A stretch of 64,000 nt of DNA from Candidatus Sulfomarinibacteraceae bacterium. GTDB lineage: Bacteria; Acidobacteriota; Thermoanaerobaculia; Thermoanaerobaculales; Sulfomarinibacteraceae. The DNA lies in the NCBI GenBank assembly GCA_963796455.1, contig CAWCLO010000003.1, forward strand, positions 288,001-352,000, read 5' to 3'. Position 1 is the first letter of the stretch. Each line of letters opens with the position of its first letter. Made by a program: the position numbers and the translations under genes. Positions 57,439 through 64,000 of the stretch are shown here, piece by piece. The notes under the pieces were generated by a model. It searched no databases. It was not told the DNA's origin and worked only from the letters and a program-made list of their open reading frames with translations.

Positions 57439-58950
57439 ATGAAACGAACCCGCTTCATCCCGTTGATCGCCGTGGCCTTCGTCGTCGCATTGAGCGGCTG
57501 CACCGTCGGACCGGATTACGTACAGCCGGAAATCCCCTCGGTTCCGGACACCTGGAACAGCGCCGCCACCGAAGGTCTTGCCGACGGTCAGTCATCCTTG
57601 CAGGCCTGGTGGACGGTCTTTGACGACGAGGTCCTGACATCTCTGATCGAACGCGCACGACTGTCGAATCTGACCCTTCGCGAAGCTGTCTGGCGCGTCG
57701 AGGAAGCTCGCGCGTTGCGCGGTGTCGTCGCCGGGGTGCAAAAACCCCAGGTCGGTCTGAGCGGCGATGCCAGCCGCAACGACCCCTCCAACAATGGTGC
57801 ATTGGGCGCCGTTGCTCCGGAGGGAGGTTTTGAACCCTCAAATCAGTTCGGCCTCGGGGTCGGAGCGACCTGGGAAATTGATCTCTGGGGCCGCATCCGC
57901 CGCCAGGTCGAAGCTGCTGATGCCCAGGTCGACGCCTCGGTGGAGGACTATCGCGATGTCCTGGTGACCCTCTTTGCCGAAGTTGCCTTCAACTATGTCA
58001 ACGTGAGGGAACAGCAGGAAAGGCTCCGTCTGGCGAAAGAAAATGTCAGCGGCCAGGAAGACACCCTCGAACTCACCAACGATCGCTATAGCGCCGGCCT
58101 GGTATCGGCACTCGATGTCGCCCAAGCCGAAAGCAATCTGGCCAACACGAGGTCGTTGATCCCCACTCTCGAGAAGGGCATCGCCCTGGCCTTGAACCGG
58201 CTTGCGGTGCTCCTGGCCACCAGCCCCGGATCGCTGGATGACGAGCTGGCTGACAAGGCCGCCATCCCCACCGAACCGGAAGCCGTAACTACCGGGCTGC
58301 CGGCCGATCTGCTGCGCCAACGTCCCGACATCCGTGCGGCCGAGCGCCTGTTGGCTGCCCAGACCGCCCGCATCGGGGTCGCCACAGCCGATCTCTATCC
58401 CTCTTTTTCCCTCTCCGGTTTCCTGGGGCTGCAATCCACCTCGGCCGGGGACCTCTTCAGTTCGGATAGCGTCAACTGGTCCATCGGTCTGCCCGTTCGC
58501 TGGAAGCTTTTTGCCGGTGGCGCCGTCCGATCACAGATTGCGGCCGAGGAAGCGCGAACCGAACAGCTTCTGGCAAACTATGAACGGGCAGTGCTCCTCG
58601 CCCTCGAAGAGGTGGAGGATGCCATGGTCTCGTATGAAAAAGAGGTGGTTCGAAGGGCCCATCTATTTGATTCGGTGGATGCGACCCAACGCTCCCTCGA
58701 TCTGGTCTTGACCCAATACAGGGCGGGTCTGACGAATTTCCAGAACGTCCTCGACACCCAGCGCTCTCTGCTGCTTCGCCAGGACGATATGGCAGCCAGC
58801 GAGGGAATCGTCATCAAAAACCTCGTCGACCTCTACCGTGCCCTCGGTGGCGGCTGGGATCCGGAGACAGCGCAATCGCCGGCATTACCCGCTCCGTCCA
58901 TTCCGCCGGGCGAGTCGGCATCGTCGGAATCAGAGGTCGCGACGCGATAG
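57439..58950 (+). CDS. Efflux outer-membrane lipoprotein (NodT/OprM family)
   Basis: LSGCTVGPDY lipobox, WEIDLWGR, LLRQRPDIRAAE, LYRALGGGW. Confidence 0.94.
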   Translation: MKRTRFIPLIAVAFVVALSGCTVGPDYVQPEIPSVPDTWNSAATEGLADGQSSLQAWWTVFDDEVLTSLIERARLSNLTLREAVWRVEEARALRGVVAGVQKPQVGLSGDASRNDPSNNGALGAVAPEGGFEPSNQFGLGVGATWEIDLWGRIRRQVEAADAQVDASVEDYRDVLVTLFAEVAFNYVNVREQQERLRLAKENVSGQEDTLELTNDRYSAGLVSALDVAQAESNLANTRSLIPTLEKGIALALNRLAVLLATSPGSLDDELADKAAIPTEPEAVTTGLPADLLRQRPDIRAAERLLAAQTARIGVATADLYPSFSLSGFLGLQSTSAGDLFSSDSVNWSIGLPVRWKLFAGGAVRSQIAAEEARTEQLLANYERAVLLALEEVEDAMVSYEKEVVRRAHLFDSVDATQRSLDLVLTQYRAGLTNFQNVLDTQRSLLLRQDDMAASEGIVIKNLVDLYRALGGGWDPETAQSPALPAPSIPPGESASSESEVATR

Positions 58951-59013
58951 CAGGAGCAACACACAGCCATCCGACCCACCACGGGAGCCGGAGCGCACGA
59001 ACCAGGAGGTGAT

Positions 59014-60942
59014 ATGGCGGTCGGCAACCTGGGAGTATTCGTCGGACCTGATCTCGATCTGTCGGACCAATTGCGGTGGGCCGTTCGCCTGGCCGAGGCC
59101 CGCAATCTGGACATCGTGGTGTTCCAACGGATCGAAGGCAGTGAGCGGCAAACAGTCAACGTGCCCCTGGACGGATCCGCCGAAGGCGAGGCCGCAGTGG
59201 CGGCAGGCGAGGTCTTCCAGGCCATCGAATCCATGCCCATTCTTCGTGCGGGACCTCGACCTGAAACGGCGGAAGATGAAGCCTTAGATGACGATGACTC
59301 GGTCATCCACGTCCAGTTGAAACTGATCCGCTGCGCCAACCTCCCATCTCTCAGGGAGCTGCTCCTGGCCGAGGTTCGCAAATCCAAACTCAAGCTCTTC
59401 ACCGTGGTGCGCAAGGACCTCGGGGGCACCGGCAGCGAGATCACCAGGGAGCGTCGTCAGTTCCTCCGACACGTTCCGTGCGAGGTGGTCCATTGCAGCG
59501 GCTTCAACGAGGACAACGATCTATCTCGGATCCTGGTCACCGTCGCTTCGGGGCCCCATGCAGCGTCGGCATTGAAAATCGGTCGGGATCTCGCTTCTTC
59601 GTCCGGCGCCACCTTGACCGCCCTCCGCGTCAACCCTTCAATCGGCCCCGATGCCGAACAGGTCGGCGCCCGGCGCCTCGACATTCTGATCAAAAAGTCC
59701 CTTGGAAAAGACGAGGGCGAAGTTCTTCGGCGAGTGGTGGTGGACGATCAGATCCCCCGCGGTGTTCGCCGGGTTTGGGATGAGGGGAACTTCGACCTCG
59801 TGATCACCGGTGCGTCGCGGGTCGGTATGCTGGGAAGCCGGGTCGAGGGCAGCATCGGCGCCCGGCTTGCCAGGGATGAATCCGGGCCCACGGTCGCCGT
59901 CGTCAGTTCCGCTTCGCCGGTAAGAAATCGATTTCTCGCCGTGCTGGAAGGGGCGATCGAGCGGCTGGTGCCGCAGATCGATCGCGAGGACAGGGTGGTA
60001 CTGGTCGAACGGGTGCAGTCGAGTTCCCATTCGAATTTCGACTTTTTTGCCCTGATGGTTCTTTCCACCTGCATCGCCGCCATCGGTCTGATTCAGAACT
60101 CGGCCGCCGTCGTCATCGGCGCCATGCTGGTAGCTCCCCTCATGACGCCGCTGCTCGGTCTGGGTCTCGCCCTGGTCCAGGGCAATCCCGTCCTGGCTCG
60201 AATCTCCGTACGCTCGGTCGGTTTCGGTGTCGTGGTCGCGCTCCTGGTTGGATTGACGGTCGGTTTCCTGACCCCCGGCTTCGAAGAACCGACCCGTGAA
60301 ATGCTCGGACGCGGCGGACCCAGCGTGCTCGATCTTTTTGTCGCCTTCGCCTCCGGGCTGGCCGCCGCCTATGCCTCCTCGAGGCCCGGTCTCCTCGCCG
60401 CACTTCCTGGGGTCGCCATCGCGGCCGCCCTGGTTCCGCCGATCGCCACCTCCGGTCTGGCCCTGTCTCTCGGTAACCTGGATCTGGCCTTCAATGCCCT
60501 TCTGCTCTTTGTCATCAACATGGTCACAATCGTCCTGGCGACCGTGGTCAGCCTCTGGTTTGTCGGTCTGCGCAATATCAAGAAAACCTCGCGCTGGGCG
60601 GTTCGAGTGGGCGGCGCGGTCCTCCTTGCAGTGTTGGCGCTTGGCGTCTATCTGAGTATCAAACCCACTCCGATCCCCACCGCGGCAGGTCTCCCGACCG
60701 ATTTCATGGAAGACATCCAGCGCCGGCTCGGTGACGACTATCGCCTCGAGGGAATCGGGGTCGCGTATGACGAGCTCGGCGTGCAACTCAATGTTCGGGT
60801 CGTCGGTAAAACGTTTGCGCCTGAGAACGTGGCGAACGAAGTCCGTGCGGCAGCGCGCGAACATTTCGACAAACCGGTGAGGGTCCGAATGCTCACCCAG
60901 GTGGATGCCGAAGCGGAGGCCTTTGGATCCCAGCTCGACTGA
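59014..60942 (+). CDS. Universal-stress-like domains fused to DUF389 membrane domain
   Basis: ILVTVASGPHA, DLVITGAS; NSAAVVIGAMLVAPLMTP, GVAIAAALVPP. Confidence 0.85.
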   Translation: MAVGNLGVFVGPDLDLSDQLRWAVRLAEARNLDIVVFQRIEGSERQTVNVPLDGSAEGEAAVAAGEVFQAIESMPILRAGPRPETAEDEALDDDDSVIHVQLKLIRCANLPSLRELLLAEVRKSKLKLFTVVRKDLGGTGSEITRERRQFLRHVPCEVVHCSGFNEDNDLSRILVTVASGPHAASALKIGRDLASSSGATLTALRVNPSIGPDAEQVGARRLDILIKKSLGKDEGEVLRRVVVDDQIPRGVRRVWDEGNFDLVITGASRVGMLGSRVEGSIGARLARDESGPTVAVVSSASPVRNRFLAVLEGAIERLVPQIDREDRVVLVERVQSSSHSNFDFFALMVLSTCIAAIGLIQNSAAVVIGAMLVAPLMTPLLGLGLALVQGNPVLARISVRSVGFGVVVALLVGLTVGFLTPGFEEPTREMLGRGGPSVLDLFVAFASGLAAAYASSRPGLLAALPGVAIAAALVPPIATSGLALSLGNLDLAFNALLLFVINMVTIVLATVVSLWFVGLRNIKKTSRWAVRVGGAVLLAVLALGVYLSIKPTPIPTAAGLPTDFMEDIQRRLGDDYRLEGIGVAYDELGVQLNVRVVGKTFAPENVANEVRAAAREHFDKPVRVRMLTQVDAEAEAFGSQLD

Positions 60943-60951
60943 GAACAGCAC

Positions 60952-61305
60952 TCACTTCGTCGGGTGCAACAGTCGCCAGGTCATGGCACGGACCTGATCG
61001 AAAACCTTCATCGCTTCACTGGCTCCGTTTCGGCTGATCGCCCCGGCGTGGGCGAGGAGCTGCAAGTGGCTGTCGACCTCTTTCGCCGAAGCGTATGCGA
61101 TTCTCCAGTGGTTCAACCGGTCTCTACCGAATCGGCCATGCCCTTCCGCCAGGTTCGCCGGGACTGAACTGGCCGACCGGATCGCCTGATCGGCTATCGA
61201 CTTCAGAGGAGCTGGAACCCTCATCACAAGCTTGATCGCGATCCCTGCTGCTTCGAGGGCTTTGGAGTGGGCAACGAGGTTGGTGTTCGTGGCGGCGTTG
61301 GACAT
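60952..61305 (-). CDS. Four helix bundle protein, copy C
   Basis: Near-identical to copies A and B; GGAGGT SD before ATG 61305. Confidence 0.9.
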   Translation of the reverse strand: MSNAATNTNLVAHSKALEAAGIAIKLVMRVPAPLKSIADQAIRSASSVPANLAEGHGRFGRDRLNHWRIAYASAKEVDSHLQLLAHAGAISRNGASEAMKVFDQVRAMTWRLLHPTK

Positions 61306-61585
61306 GGTCACCTCCGGGTCGTTCATGTCCATTCCCACAAGCCGGTGTGGCGGCCGATGTCAAGGATGCCCTGCACCCTGCCTGTCCTTGACATCGGCCG
61401 CCCACCGGCTACTCCTTCCGTTGAACGACCCGGAGGTGGCCACTTCGCCGACTGGACTCCTGATCGCTGCCGCCGCCGCTGTCCTCTGTCGCTGTTCCCG
61501 GTCGCTGGTCACTGTCGCCGCCACTGAACCCTGTCGCTGGACACTGTCGCTGCCGCTGCATTTCGGGCACGGACACGGACTCGGG
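60952..61585 (-). mobile_element. Putative four-helix-bundle repeat element, copy C (no downstream arm)
   Basis: Same left end, CAGCGA arm and hairpin (61305-61442); stop lies 9 nt from the convergent DUF389 stop. Confidence 0.5.
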
Positions 61586-61713
61586 GCAACGGCGAATCGG
61601 AAAGCACCTCCCCAATACGGGGTCGGATGTGTTCTTCCATTTGACAAAAGAACATCACCGGATCATGTTTATTCTCAAAATCAAAGGCCGGGAGGAGACG
61701 ATGCGGCACCTCG

Positions 61714-63063
61714 GTGTCGAGCTGGATCGGGTTCGTGTTCACAGTGGCGGCCGGCACGGCCGCCGCACAGGTGATCGAGCGGGTCAGCGTCAGCAGTGCC
61801 GAGGTCGAGGCAAACGGCGACAGCTTCCTCCCCCTCTATGACGGCGTCAGCGAAGATGGCCGATTCGTGGTCTTCGAATCCGACGCCACCAATCTTGTAC
61901 CGGCTGACGGAAACGGTCTGAGGGATGTCTTCGTCCGCGACCGCCTCCTCGGCACCACCACCCGGGTGAGCGAGGTGCCGGGAGGCGGCGACGCCTCGGG
62001 CGAGTCCCGCTATCCCTCGATCAGCGAGGACGGCCGCTGGATCGCGTTCTCCTCGGATGCCCCTGACCTCGTGACCGACGATACGAACGCGGCCCAGGAT
62101 GTGTTCGTGTACGACCGCGAGACCGGACAGATCGTGCGGGTCAGCATGGCCTGGAACGGCAGCGAGGGCAACGGGAACAGCCGAACACCGTCGATCAGCG
62201 GTGACGGTCGTTTTGTCGCGTTTCGTTCCAACGCGACCAACATTGTTTCCGGATCCAGGGACTCGTCGAAGTTCATTTACGTCTGCGACCTGCAAACCGG
62301 GGACAACGAACTCGCGAGCATGACGTGGGACGACGCCGAAGAAAACGGCGGCAGCTGGTACCCCCACATTTCTGCCAACGGCAGGCACGTTGCCTTTATT
62401 TCGAACTCGACGAACCTCGTATCTTTCGATGCAAATGGGGTGAACGACGTCTATATGCGGGATCTCGACCTCGGTCTGACCTCCATGATCGGCGTCGACA
62501 TCGACGGTCAAGATGGGAACAGTAACAGCGGAGGATTCGGCATCAGCTCAAATGGGCGTTTTGCCGGGTTTTCCTCCAATGCCACGGATCTGCTTCCTCC
62601 CGGCGAGGATGACAACGCAGTTCAGGACGCGTTCGTCCGCGATTTCGACCTCGGAGTCACCGAGCGTGTGAGTGTCAACAGCGAGGAGGAGGAGGCCAAT
62701 GCCGCCAGCGGACCAGCCACGCTCGACGGGACCGGCAGGTACGCGGCGTTCCATTCCGAGGCGACGAATCTCGTCGCCAGCGACGACAACGTCGCCACCG
62801 ATATCTTTGGTCACGACCGTGCGACCGGAATCACGACCCTGTTGACGATCACCGCGGCGGGCTTTCAATCCGACAACAACATCGTCGACCCGATATTGTC
62901 CGGGGACGGATGCATCGTCGCTTTCGACACAGTAGCGACCAACCTGGTACCGGACGACACAAACGGTTACCAGGACGTTTTTGTCGCCTACGGCCCGGCG
63001 ACAATTTTCGCCGACGGATTCGAGACCGGCGGGACCTCACGGTTTTCAGTCACTTTCCCATGA
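61714..63063 (+). CDS. Secreted TolB/PD40-like beta-propeller protein with C-terminal IFADGFE motif
   Basis: Repeats PSIS.DGRFVAF.S.ATNLV..D.N...DVFVRD; 5' end probably frameshifted relative to ATG 61701. Confidence 0.85.
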   Translation: MSSWIGFVFTVAAGTAAAQVIERVSVSSAEVEANGDSFLPLYDGVSEDGRFVVFESDATNLVPADGNGLRDVFVRDRLLGTTTRVSEVPGGGDASGESRYPSISEDGRWIAFSSDAPDLVTDDTNAAQDVFVYDRETGQIVRVSMAWNGSEGNGNSRTPSISGDGRFVAFRSNATNIVSGSRDSSKFIYVCDLQTGDNELASMTWDDAEENGGSWYPHISANGRHVAFISNSTNLVSFDANGVNDVYMRDLDLGLTSMIGVDIDGQDGNSNSGGFGISSNGRFAGFSSNATDLLPPGEDDNAVQDAFVRDFDLGVTERVSVNSEEEEANAASGPATLDGTGRYAAFHSEATNLVASDDNVATDIFGHDRATGITTLLTITAAGFQSDNNIVDPILSGDGCIVAFDTVATNLVPDDTNGYQDVFVAYGPATIFADGFETGGTSRFSVTFP

Positions 63064-63186
63064 GGGGACCCGGTCATCAATTGTCCGTCGGCGCGAGGCG
63101 TTCGAGCTGCGGCACGATGTTGGCCTCGAGGTGTTCGCCCGATTGGGTGTGGGCCAGGAAGTCGAAATATTGTCGGAACCATCGGC

Positions 63187-64000
63187 TCATCGGCCTGAAC
63201 CGCCCTGTTTTTCGACCCCCATCGCTCGACCGCCCCGCCGCCAATCCGCCACTCCCGTCATTGTCCGGCTTTCCCGATCGAACCAGATACTGTGGGCGGA
63301 GCCCTGGCGGCCGCCTCGCCGGGGACTCTCGATCACGGTGTGGCCCTTGGACTGCAGCACCGTGAGAACCTGATCCCAAATAAGCCCGTCCATGTGTTCG
63401 AGCTCGATCACGTCCGGAAACCACTGGTGATGGATGCGGGGCCCTTGGATAGCCTCGTCCAGCGGGCGGCCGAAGAAGAGCGTCTGCACGAGGATGGAGG
63501 ACACGGTGTTGATGATGGTGCGCCCGCCGGGGCTGCCGGTCAGCAGGACGACCTTACCGTCCCGCTTGACGATCGTCGGCGCCGTGGAGCTGAGCATTCG
63601 TTTGCCCGGGGCGAGGAGGTTCGCGTCCGTTCCGATCTTGCCCTCTCGATTGGTATAGCCGGGGTACCAGTTGAAGTCGCCCATTTCGTTGTTCAGCAGA
63701 AAGCCGGCGCCCCTTACCACCACGCGGGATCCAAAGGGCGACTCGATCGTGTAGGTATTGCTCACGGCCATTCCGTCGGCATCGAGGACGGCGAAGTGGG
63801 TCGTGCTTTCGCTCTCGTAGGGCCCTTCCGAAAAGCGGATATCGCCCGCCAATGATTCGCTGGAGGTCGCTTTGTCGAGGCTGATCGACCCCGCAAGCTT
63901 GGCGATGAACTCGTCTTCGTAGAGTTCGTGGGGAATCTTGACGAAGTCCGGGTCGCCGAGGAAGGCGGCCCTCTCCCGAAACGCCCGTTTCATCGCCTCG
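63187..64000 (-). CDS. ggt: Gamma-glutamyltransferase (3' part; runs off the window)
   Basis: ESTTHFAVLD, FGS.VVV...GFLLNNEMGDF, PGKRMLSS, GSPGG, PRIHHQW. Confidence 0.95.
   Translation of the reverse strand, partial: EAMKRAFRERAAFLGDPDFVKIPHELYEDEFIAKLAGSISLDKATSSESLAGDIRFSEGPYESESTTHFAVLDADGMAVSNTYTIESPFGSRVVVRGAGFLLNNEMGDFNWYPGYTNREGKIGTDANLLAPGKRMLSSTAPTIVKRDGKVVLLTGSPGGRTIINTVSSILVQTLFFGRPLDEAIQGPRIHHQWFPDVIELEHMDGLIWDQVLTVLQSKGHTVIESPRRGGRQGSAHSIWFDRESRTMTGVADWRRGGRAMGVEKQGGSGR

Noticed and set aside
42191..61442. DGR or retron assignment for the four-helix-bundle units
   Set aside because: No reverse transcriptase and no TR/VR pair with adenine-specific mismatches visible in the window; only an analogy.

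Overview
High-GC bacterial chromosome segment; the gene content and style suggest Acidobacteriota (Thermoanaerobaculia-like), which is an inference only. The left half is a cell-surface/glycan region: two priming glycosyltransferases, GT2/GT4 enzymes, a large GT-C-like membrane protein, an orphan ABC-2 (Wzm-like) permease, a ~1810-aa PKD/BACON-like surface protein, a 514-aa secreted S-layer-like candidate, an FG-GAP protein and an XRE+TPR operon. The right half is mixed housekeeping: coaD, a SpoIVB/S55 peptidase pair, a tandem cNMP-binding protein, acyl-CoA dehydrogenase, a two-component system, tRNA-Glu, an RND efflux triplet, DUF389 and partial ggt. The most striking signal is intergenic. 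Three ~90%-identical four-helix-bundle genes (TIGR02436/23S-IVP-like) each sit behind the same ~140-nt nested hairpin, whose outer 20-22 bp stem sequesters the SD and start codon. Each is embedded in short-period tandem-repeat arms. At least four gene-less derivatives carry REP-like or other palindromic cassettes instead of the gene, and one cassette occurs in both orientations relative to conserved flanks. No transposase, recombinase or reverse transcriptase is visible in the window.
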